Source: Bacillales bacterium UBA6380
GTDB taxonomy: Bacteria > Bacillota_I > Bacilli_A > RFN20 > CAG-826
Reading direction: 5' to 3'
Assembly (NCBI GenBank): GCA_002438785.1
Contig: DJQS01000007.1
Coordinates: 6,194 to 70,193 of the forward strand
Length of the DNA stretch: 64,000 bases
Shown: positions 56,398-64,000 of the stretch, piece after piece
Numbering within the stretch: the first letter of the stretch is position 1
Layout of the letters: the number at the start of each line of letters is the position of its first letter
The notes under the pieces: model-generated
Seen by the model: only the letters and a program-made list of their open reading frames with translations
Database searches by the model: none
Told to the model about the DNA's origin: nothing
Program-made: the position numbers and the translations under genes

Positions 56398-59259
56398 ATG
56401 GAAAAAAATGTAATTAAAGTTATTGGCGCTAAAGAAAACAATTTAAAAAATGTTTCTTTAACTATCCCTAAAGATAAGTTAGTTGTTTTTAGTGGTGTTA
56501 GTGGTAGTGGCAAGTCAACCCTTGCATTTGACACTATTTTTGCTGAGGGTCAAAGAAGATATGTTGAATCTTTATCTAGCTATGCTAGACAATTTTTGGG
56601 AAATTTTGAAAAACCAGATGTAGAAAGTATCGAAGGTTTATCACCTGCCATTTCAATTGATCAAAAATCTACTTCTCATAATCCCCGTTCAACGGTTGGT
56701 ACTGTAACTGAGATTTATGATTATTTACGTTTACTTTTTGCTAGAGTTGGTGTGCCATATTGTCCAACACATAATATTCCAATTGTGGCTTTTTCACTTC
56801 AAAAGATTACTGATATCATTATGAATTATCCTAAAGGCAGTAAGGTACAGATATTATCGCCTATTGTTAGAAACGAAAAAGGAACACATAAAGATACGTT
56901 AGATAAAATAAAAGAAAATGGTTTTAGTCGTGTTAGAATTGATAATGAAGTTTGTTTTATTGAAGAGGTAAAACCTTTAGATAAAAATAAAAGACATAAT
57001 ATTGACATAATAATTGATCGTCTTGTTATTAAAGATGATATAAGACCAAGAGTTTTTGAAGCTTGTGAATTAGCAAGTGACTGGGCAAATGGTTTTGTAT
57101 TAGTTTTATGTGGAGAAGAGGAAAAATTATTTAGTGAACATAATGCGTGTCCAATTTGTGGATTCACTGTTCCTAAACTTGAGCCACGTTTATTTTCTTT
57201 TAATTCTCCATTAGGATGCTGTCCTTCATGTAATGGATTAGGTATTAAGCAAGAAGTTGATATCGATTTATTAGTTCCTGATAAAAATTTAAGCATAAAT
57301 GATGGAGCTATCTTGTTTTTTAAAAACACAGTTAATTCTTCTAATATTGACTGGCAAAATTTTGATCAATTATTGCGATATTATCACATACCTAAAGATA
57401 TACCTTTTAAAGATTTAACAAAAGACGATGTTGATTATATAATGAACGGATCTAAAGAACCAATTTCTTATAGTATTACGACTATCAGTGGTAATGTCAT
57501 GAAAAAAAATAATTTTATAGAAGGTCTTAAAACTAAAATTGAGAGATTGTTTAAAGAAACGACTAGCGAATTTAATCGTGAATATTATTCTAAATTTTTA
57601 CGTGATAATGTTTGTACCACTTGCCATGGAGCCCGCTTATCGAAAGAGGCTTTAAGTGTAAAAGTAGCTGGTTTAAATATTTATGAGGTTACTTGTTTAT
57701 CTCTTGATAGACTTTATGAATGGATAAATAATTTAAACAAAACCTTTACTCCATCTCAAATTACAATTGCAGAACTTGTTATAAATGAATTAAAAAATAG
57801 AGTTAAATTCTTAATCGATGTTGGTCTTGAATATTTAACATTGTCGAGAATGTCTATGACTTTGTCTGGAGGAGAAAGTCAAAGAATTAGACTTGCTACT
57901 CAAATTGGTTCTAAATTAAGTGGTGTTTTGTATGTTTTAGACGAACCATCAATTGGTTTGCACCAAAAAGATAGTGAAAAACTTATTAATTCTTTAAAAG
58001 AAATGCGCGATTTAGGTAATACTTTGATTGTTGTAGAACATGATGAGGAAATGATTAGAAGTGCAGATTATATTGTAGATGTAGGGCCTGGGGCTGGTGT
58101 ACATGGTGGTGAAATAGTTGCTTGTGGAAGTTTAAAAGACATTGAAAATGCTCCTAAAAGCATTACTGGTGCATATTTAAGTGGTAGAAAATATATTCCA
58201 GTTCCATTAAGTCGAAATAAAGGTAATGGCAAGTTTATTACTATTAAAGGATGTAGTACAAACAATTTAAAAAATATTGATGTTAAATTTCCACTTGGAG
58301 AATTTATTTGTGTTACAGGTGTTAGTGGAAGTGGAAAGTCAAGTTTAGTTAATGAAACTTTATATTTAGGAATTTTAAAAGAATTAGAACATCAAGATGT
58401 AATTCCAGGAAAATATAAATCTTTAGAAGGACTTGAAAATATTGATAAAGTAATTAATATTTCGCAAGAACCTATTGGTAGAACCCCACGTAGTAATCCT
58501 GCAACCTATGTTAAAGCTTTTGATGATATTAGAGATATATTTGCTAATACTATCGAGGCTAAGGCTAGAGGCTTTGATAAATCTCGATTTAGTTTTAATA
58601 TGCCTGGAGGGCGTTGTGAACATTGTCAAGGCGCTGGCGTAACTAGAATTCCAATGAATTTTTTGCCAGATGTTTATGTTAAATGCGATGAATGTGATGG
58701 AAAGCGATATAATAGTCAAACTTTATTATGTACATATAAAGGTAAAAATATTTATGATGTTTTAGAAATGACAATCGATGACGCTTATGAATTTTTTAAA
58801 AATCATTATTCGCTAGCAAGAAAGTTAAAGACTTTAATTGATGTTGGTTTGGGCTATATGAAACTTGGTCAACCTGCAACTACTTTATCAGGTGGTGAAG
58901 CTCAACGTGTAAAACTTGCTTATTATTTGCAAAAAAGACCAACCGGTAAGACTTTATATATATTAGATGAACCAACAACAGGTTTGCATGTTGATGATGT
59001 AAATAGATTATTAAAAGTATTAGAGACAATTGTGAATAATGGTGATACATTATTAGTAATTGAACATAATTTAGATGTTATTAAAATGGCTGACTATATT
59101 ATTGATATTGGGCCTGATGGTGGAGACAAAGGTGGGCAAATTGTTGCAACTGGAACGCCTGAAGAAGTTAGCAATAATTTAAATAGTTATACTGGAAAAT
59201 ATTTAAAGAATATATTAGAAAAAGATAAACTAAGAAAGGAGAAAATTAATGATGCATAA
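56398..59259 (+). CDS. uvrA: excinuclease ABC subunit A
   Basis: Two ABC modules (GVSGSGKS twice, LSGGE signatures), zinc fingers CPICGF...CPSC and CEHCQGAG...C; start refined to MEKNVIKVIG. Confidence 0.9.
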   Translation: MEKNVIKVIGAKENNLKNVSLTIPKDKLVVFSGVSGSGKSTLAFDTIFAEGQRRYVESLSSYARQFLGNFEKPDVESIEGLSPAISIDQKSTSHNPRSTVGTVTEIYDYLRLLFARVGVPYCPTHNIPIVAFSLQKITDIIMNYPKGSKVQILSPIVRNEKGTHKDTLDKIKENGFSRVRIDNEVCFIEEVKPLDKNKRHNIDIIIDRLVIKDDIRPRVFEACELASDWANGFVLVLCGEEEKLFSEHNACPICGFTVPKLEPRLFSFNSPLGCCPSCNGLGIKQEVDIDLLVPDKNLSINDGAILFFKNTVNSSNIDWQNFDQLLRYYHIPKDIPFKDLTKDDVDYIMNGSKEPISYSITTISGNVMKKNNFIEGLKTKIERLFKETTSEFNREYYSKFLRDNVCTTCHGARLSKEALSVKVAGLNIYEVTCLSLDRLYEWINNLNKTFTPSQITIAELVINELKNRVKFLIDVGLEYLTLSRMSMTLSGGESQRIRLATQIGSKLSGVLYVLDEPSIGLHQKDSEKLINSLKEMRDLGNTLIVVEHDEEMIRSADYIVDVGPGAGVHGGEIVACGSLKDIENAPKSITGAYLSGRKYIPVPLSRNKGNGKFITIKGCSTNNLKNIDVKFPLGEFICVTGVSGSGKSSLVNETLYLGILKELEHQDVIPGKYKSLEGLENIDKVINISQEPIGRTPRSNPATYVKAFDDIRDIFANTIEAKARGFDKSRFSFNMPGGRCEHCQGAGVTRIPMNFLPDVYVKCDECDGKRYNSQTLLCTYKGKNIYDVLEMTIDDAYEFFKNHYSLARKLKTLIDVGLGYMKLGQPATTLSGGEAQRVKLAYYLQKRPTGKTLYILDEPTTGLHVDDVNRLLKVLETIVNNGDTLLVIEHNLDVIKMADYIIDIGPDGGDKGGQIVATGTPEEVSNNLNSYTGKYLKNILEKDKLRKEKINDA

Positions 59260-60721
59260 TTTTTTATATTATTCTGGATTAATCTTGATATTAGGGTCTA
59301 TAATATGTTCTTATTTATTTATAAATTTTACAAATAAAGAAAAAAATATTTCTGATTTGCAGATTATTTTAAAAAAAACATGGGTTTTTGGTTTACTTGG
59401 AATCAGCTTATTTGCACTAGCTTTTATCTTACTAGATTGGGCTTTTTTTATAGATGAGGCTACATTAAATAATTTAAAGACTCTTAATAAGAGTTTAAAT
59501 CCGGGTTTAGTTTTCTTATCTTTCTTTTTTGGGAGTTTGTTTGTAATTGCTATACACATATTTGCTTATAGTTTTTATTTTTATTGGTATTTTCCAAAAG
59601 AAGAAAAGAAGAGAAGGAAATTATTTTTGGTAATTTATACTTTAAGTGCTGTTATAGCCTTTATTTCTTTTATATTATTTAGTGAAGGAAACGCTCAATA
59701 TTTGATTTATCCTTTAGCTAATATTGTACATATTGGTAAGGGAGGATTTTTTGTTTTAACTAGAAATGGTAGTGAATTATCACAAGAAGGAGGACTAAAT
59801 ATTGCCTTATATGCTTTATGCATTTTATCAGGTGCAATTTTAGTTTTATTTATTTGCGATCATTTTACTTATAAATATTATGGTAAACATGGCCTTTTAT
59901 ATACTTGTTTTCTATTTGCCTTTCCTAGCGGAATAATTGGGGCACGACTTTGGTATGTTTGTATCGACATCGGAGATAATGGAGTTAATAGTCAATTTAT
60001 TCAAAGACCTCTTTCAATTTTTGAAATTTGGAACGGAGGACTTGCAATAATGGGCGGAGCTATATTGGGCATTATTGTTGGTGTCTCTGTGATACTTATT
60101 TATAAATATGCTTTAAAAAATAAAGACTATACAAAAATTAATTTATTATTTTTAGTAGATTATATAATTCCTACAATTCTAATTGCACAAGCCATTGGAA
60201 GATGGGGGAATTTCTTTAATAATGAAGTTAATGGAAATTTATACGATATTAAATATTTTAATTGGCTTCCAACATTTATTAGAAATCAAATGCAATATGC
60301 AAATCATGCTACTTGGGGAAGTAATATTGATCATCCTGGAATGATTTATTTGCCTTTATTTTTTATTGAATTTTGTACGAATCTAATTGGTTATTTTACT
60401 ATTTATTTTGGATTTGGGCGTGGTAATTTTAGTAAACTTATTATCTCATTAATAAATAAAATAAAACCTGGATTGATCAAAGCAAAATTTTATCATCCAA
60501 ATGGAGCTTGTGTTGGTGGATATTTAATTTGGTATGGAACAACACGTATAATTTTAGAGCCTTTAAGAACGGGAAGTGATTTTTATAAATCTAGTTTATA
60601 TAGTGCTTATGGAATGGTATTTTCAGGTATATTGATAATTATAATAGCGATATTATGGGATTATTTTATAACACGTAAAGGTGTTAAAAATATTATTTTA
60701 AAAGATGAAGATTTAAATTAA
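59249..60721 (+). CDS. lgt: prolipoprotein diacylglyceryl transferase with about 160-aa N-terminal membrane extension
   Basis: Lgt signature AIGRWGNFFNNEVNG and IWNGGLAIMGG in the C-terminal two-thirds; 490 aa versus about 270-300 typical. Confidence 0.75.
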   Translation: MMHNFLYYSGLILILGSIICSYLFINFTNKEKNISDLQIILKKTWVFGLLGISLFALAFILLDWAFFIDEATLNNLKTLNKSLNPGLVFLSFFFGSLFVIAIHIFAYSFYFYWYFPKEEKKRRKLFLVIYTLSAVIAFISFILFSEGNAQYLIYPLANIVHIGKGGFFVLTRNGSELSQEGGLNIALYALCILSGAILVLFICDHFTYKYYGKHGLLYTCFLFAFPSGIIGARLWYVCIDIGDNGVNSQFIQRPLSIFEIWNGGLAIMGGAILGIIVGVSVILIYKYALKNKDYTKINLLFLVDYIIPTILIAQAIGRWGNFFNNEVNGNLYDIKYFNWLPTFIRNQMQYANHATWGSNIDHPGMIYLPLFFIEFCTNLIGYFTIYFGFGRGNFSKLIISLINKIKPGLIKAKFYHPNGACVGGYLIWYGTTRIILEPLRTGSDFYKSSLYSAYGMVFSGILIIIIAILWDYFITRKGVKNIILKDEDLN

Positions 60722-60734
60722 ATAGGGTATTTTC

Positions 60735-61382
60735 ATGATAAAAGTTATAATTTTCGATATGGATGGAACTATTGTTGACACTGATGAAGTTTTAAGACTT
60801 ACTTGGTATAAGGTTTTTGAAAAGTTTTATAATAATAAACATTACGTTAGTGATGATGTTATTAAAACTTTTAGCGGACCTAGTTTAAAAGAAACTATTA
60901 ATAAATATTTTCCTAATTTTTCTTTTAATGAAGTGAAAGATGTTTATTCGAATTCTTCTTTTGAATATTATGAAAAATATGCTAATGTTTTTCCTGATGA
61001 ACTTGAAGTGTTAAAAAAATTAAAAGATGATGGTTATAAATTGGCTGTATTTACTAATAAGAATAAAGAGAGAGCTTTATATTGTCTAAATAAATTAAGT
61101 TTAAATAAATATTTTTCATATTTAGTTTCTGGTGATGATGTAAAACATAATAAGCCAAATAAAGAGGGCATTGATAAAATTTTAAACTATTATAAAATAA
61201 AAACAGATGAAGCTATTTTAATAGGTGATACAATTTATGATTATAATGCTGCTTTTAATGGAGGCGTTAAATGCATTCTATTAAAAGTTGCTTCTAGAAT
61301 ATTTCCTAAAAATCTTAAACCTATTGGAATTTATACTACATATATGGATTTATATAAAGGGATAAAAGAATATGACAATTAA
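60735..61382 (+). CDS. HAD hydrolase (PpaX/phosphoglycolate phosphatase-like)
   Basis: IIFDMDGTIVDT motif I; position after lgt matches the hprK-lgt-ppaX synteny of Firmicutes. Confidence 0.55.
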   Translation: MIKVIIFDMDGTIVDTDEVLRLTWYKVFEKFYNNKHYVSDDVIKTFSGPSLKETINKYFPNFSFNEVKDVYSNSSFEYYEKYANVFPDELEVLKKLKDDGYKLAVFTNKNKERALYCLNKLSLNKYFSYLVSGDDVKHNKPNKEGIDKILNYYKIKTDEAILIGDTIYDYNAAFNGGVKCILLKVASRIFPKNLKPIGIYTTYMDLYKGIKEYDN

Positions 61383-62298
61383 AAAAGATATCGCTATTAT
61401 TGGAACAGGTGTTGCTGGAATGAGTGCAGCTATTTACTTAGCTCGAACTAAATATACTTTTGAAATATTTGAAAAAAGTGCTATAGGTGGTAAATTAAAT
61501 ATAATAAATAAAATTGAGAATTATCCTGGAGTAAAAGATATATCTGGATTTGATTTGGCTATGGATTTTATTAATCAACTCAAGTCTCTAGATGTAAGTG
61601 TAAATAATACTGAAATTTTAAAGATAGAGAAAGACAATAATTTATTTAAATTATATTCAAAAAAAGACACATATGTTGTGAAAGCAGTTATTATTGCTAC
61701 TGGTATGCAAATTAAAAAACTTGGATTAGCTAATGAAGAGTCTTTTATTGGAAAAGGTATAAGTTATTGTGCTACTTGTGACGGATTTTTTGCTAAGGAT
61801 AAGACAGTTTTACTTTACGGAAATGAAGATCGTGCTTATCTTGAAGCTTTGTTTTTAGTTGGTCTAGTTAAAAAGTTATATTTTGTTCATGATAATAATT
61901 GTGAAATAACTGATAACTTTGAAAAATTGATAAAATATCCTAATGTAATTGAAATTTGTGGGTATAAAATTTCTGCTTATAATGGTGTAGGTCATTTAGA
62001 GAGCGTAACTATCAAAAAGTCGCAAAAAGAGAAAACATTCGAAGTTTCGATGGTTTTTCCATTATCAAAAGAAATTCCTAATAATTATTTATTTAGTGGA
62101 ATTGGTTTAAATAATAAAGATAAATTCATTTCGACTGATGAGGATTGTAAAACGAGTATTGATGGTGTTTATGCAATCGGTGATATAAGAAAGAAAAAAT
62201 TAAAACAAGTTGTTACTGCGGCTAGCGATGGAGCAATTGCTGCGACAGCTGTTATTAAATATTTATTAAGTTTAAAGAAAGATGAACAAGATAAATAG
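61372..62298 (+). CDS. thioredoxin-reductase-like flavoprotein lacking the canonical NADPH-binding motif
   Basis: FAD GxGxxG (IIGTGVAGMSAA), redox CATCDG, C-terminal GDIR...Q..TA.SDGAIAA retained; where TrxB has VGGGDSA...HRRD this protein has LLYGNEDRA...VHDNN. Confidence 0.65.
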   Translation: MTIKKDIAIIGTGVAGMSAAIYLARTKYTFEIFEKSAIGGKLNIINKIENYPGVKDISGFDLAMDFINQLKSLDVSVNNTEILKIEKDNNLFKLYSKKDTYVVKAVIIATGMQIKKLGLANEESFIGKGISYCATCDGFFAKDKTVLLYGNEDRAYLEALFLVGLVKKLYFVHDNNCEITDNFEKLIKYPNVIEICGYKISAYNGVGHLESVTIKKSQKEKTFEVSMVFPLSKEIPNNYLFSGIGLNNKDKFISTDEDCKTSIDGVYAIGDIRKKKLKQVVTAASDGAIAATAVIKYLLSLKKDEQDK

Positions 62299-63244
62299 TT
62301 TTTCTAAAGAAATTAAAGAAGAGTTAACTCTTAGTTGGATCGATGTTACTAGCGAGTTAAGAATTTCCTTATTATCTGCATTTATTAGAGTTAATGGAAC
62401 TATTTCATTTGCAAATAAAAAAGAGAATTTAACACTTGAGGCTGAAAATGCTCAAGTTATTAAGTTTATATATAAGAATTTAAAGGACATGTTTAATGGT
62501 ATTGATATTCATTTTTATTTTCAAAGATCGATGAAACTAAAGAAGAATACAAAATATATTATTGAGATTTTAGATGCTTCTAATATAATTAAAGCCTTTC
62601 ATATTAATTTTTTAGATAATAAAATTCCTTATTCTTTAACAAGCAAAGAAGATAAGATAAAAGCGTATTTAACTGGACTATTTTTATCAAATGGATCATG
62701 CAACGATCCTATTAATACAAATTATCATTTGGAAATTTCTTTGAAAAGCGAAGATTTTGCAAAGGCTATTTTAAAGGTTATTCAAAAAATAAAAAGCAAA
62801 GAATTCAACTTTAAACTTATTCAAAGAAGAAATAATTATGTAATCTATATTAAGAAATCAGATCAAATTAGTGATTTTTTAAATTTTATCGATGCAAATG
62901 AAGCATGTTTAAAATTTGAAAATGTTCGTATGGATCGTGATATATCTAATGTTACTAATAGGCTTATAAATTGTGATGAGTATAATTATTCTAAAATTAT
63001 TTCTAATTCTCAAAAGCAAATTAAGATGATTGATTTTATTGATAAAAATTTAGGTATTAAAAATATTAACAATACTAAGGTTAAAAATTTGTGCATTTTA
63101 CGTAAAGAATTTCCAGAAGCTTCTTATAATGATTTGTCGATTGAGTTGTCTAAAGTAGTAGAACAAAAGGTGAGCAAAAGCAATATTAACCACTTATTTA
63201 GGAAAATAAATGAATTAGCAAAGAGGCTTAATTATGAAGATTAG
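62282..63244 (+). CDS. whiA: DNA-binding sporulation/cell-division regulator WhiA
   Basis: 320 aa; LAGLIDADG-like segments (LTGLFLSNGSC) and C-terminal HTH; conserved position after trxB. Confidence 0.8.
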   Translation: MNKINSFSKEIKEELTLSWIDVTSELRISLLSAFIRVNGTISFANKKENLTLEAENAQVIKFIYKNLKDMFNGIDIHFYFQRSMKLKKNTKYIIEILDASNIIKAFHINFLDNKIPYSLTSKEDKIKAYLTGLFLSNGSCNDPINTNYHLEISLKSEDFAKAILKVIQKIKSKEFNFKLIQRRNNYVIYIKKSDQISDFLNFIDANEACLKFENVRMDRDISNVTNRLINCDEYNYSKIISNSQKQIKMIDFIDKNLGIKNINNTKVKNLCILRKEFPEASYNDLSIELSKVVEQKVSKSNINHLFRKINELAKRLNYED

Positions 63245-63467
63245 TGATATCAATGTTAATTATGAATTTGGTAAAAGAATTAGATATTTAAGGAAGAAAG
63301 AAAATATTTCGATTGAAGAACTAAGTTTTCGTTCTAATATTAATAGAAATTATCTTGGCGATTTAGAAAGAGGAAAAAGAAATCCTACATTAATAGTTAT
63401 TGAAAAAATTGCAATTGGCTTAAATATTACCTTAGAAGAATTGTTTGCAGGTATTGGAATAAAATAA
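63234..63467 (+). CDS. XRE-family HTH protein
   Basis: 77 aa; IEELSFRSNINRNYLGDLERGKRNP HTH. Confidence 0.55.
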   Translation: MKISDINVNYEFGKRIRYLRKKENISIEELSFRSNINRNYLGDLERGKRNPTLIVIEKIAIGLNITLEELFAGIGIK

Positions 63468-63511
63468 AAAGGGCTATTCTTTTAAATAACCCTTTAAAAA
63501 TCGATTATTTT

Positions 63512-63988
63512 TTAAGCTTTTAATGTGATAGTAATCTTAGATTTTACATTTATTAGAGCATTATCATCAGCTAAATTAACAGCTATTGTTACTATTTCAT
63601 CGTGCTTTAATGTAGTTAAATCACCAACAGTTAATATAACTTCATTTTCTTTATCTGTATTAGTTATGGTAATTAAATCACTATCTGATGTAAAACTAAG
63701 TGACAAATCATAAGGATTATCAACGTCTGCTACTAATTTAATTTTATCGCCAGATTTTAAAGAACTACTATCTTCTAATAATTTTAATGAATTAATCTTT
63801 GAAGGATAATATTCATTAAATTTAGATGAATAATCATTATTAATACCAGTTACACTTGCTTTTTGATATTTATCAAAAGAAGAAAATTCAGAATATAAAT
63901 TCTTAATTACTTTTTTAGTTTCATCTAATGACAAATAATATTCACCTTGTTCGTTATAATTAGAAATAATTAAATCAAAATTACCCAC
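63512..63988 (-). CDS. hypothetical protein (N-terminus may lie beyond the window edge)
   Basis: ORF on the minus strand running to within 12 nt of the window end; Asn/Ser/Asp-rich, no motif. Confidence 0.3.
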   Translation of the reverse strand: MGNFDLIISNYNEQGEYYLSLDETKKVIKNLYSEFSSFDKYQKASVTGINNDYSSKFNEYYPSKINSLKLLEDSSSLKSGDKIKLVADVDNPYDLSLSFTSDSDLITITNTDKENEVILTVGDLTTLKHDEIVTIAVNLADDNALINVKSKITITLKA

Positions 63989-64000
63989 AAAACTTTGAAC

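Noticed and set aside
1-64000. Possibility of Mycoplasma/Spiroplasma genetic code (TGA as Trp)
   Set aside because: Long ORFs (e.g. 993-aa and 1108-aa proteins) are uninterrupted under the standard code and many genes end in TGA. The standard table fits.

Overview
This is a 64 kb chromosomal segment from a very low-GC (about 27-28% GC), standard-genetic-code, Gram-positive-type bacterium. The ORFs are long and uninterrupted with TGA as a stop, many proteins carry Cys lipoboxes, and PstA has a large extracytoplasmic insert. I read the host as Firmicutes/Mollicutes-related (Erysipelotrichia- or Acholeplasma-like). That assignment is inference only.

Layout:
(i) 1-15.6 kb is the late half of a siphovirus-type prophage. 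It runs from a capsid fragment through connector and adaptor proteins, major tail protein, tail assembly chaperone with an overlapping +1-frame ORF, tape measure, Dit, tail proteins and tail fibre. A small lysis cassette (XhlA-like protein plus LL-H-type holin, no endolysin) follows. Then come a divergent XRE regulator, two tandem large serine recombinases, an AP2-domain Zn-ribbon protein and two GC-rich iteron-like repeat arrays.
(ii) 15.6-21.5 kb is an IS graveyard (IS30/IS481-like, ISL3 and IstB fragments) around an AAA+ DUF4143-type ATPase and a 700-aa DUF262/DUF1524 (GmrSD-like) protein. It looks like a defense islet.
(iii) 22-30 kb is accessory. It holds a G10 homopolymer in a promoter region, a small membrane protein and a 1020-aa lamin-tail-domain surface protein. 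A NUDIX hydrolase lies convergent with a 993-aa PLD-nuclease/SF2-helicase protein (candidate defense protein), and an esterase follows.
(iv) 30.4-39.4 kb is core. It holds Pho-box-preceded pstSCAB-phoU, a PhoPR-like two-component system, a purine permease and tRNA-Thr(GGT).
(v) 39.9-45.2 kb is a tRNA-adjacent surface locus with an internally duplicated 1108-aa BspA-like lipoprotein.
(vi) 45.3-63.5 kb is housekeeping: HAD/MFS/GDPD lipid scavenging, upp plus a surface endonuclease I, a thioesterase, csoR-copA, uvrA, lgt with an N-terminal extension, ppaX-like, a TrxB-like protein lacking the NADPH motif, and whiA.

The most interesting candidates are the PLD-helicase protein, the GmrSD-like/ATPase islet, the prophage nucleotidyltransferase moron, the iteron arrays and the poly-G tract.
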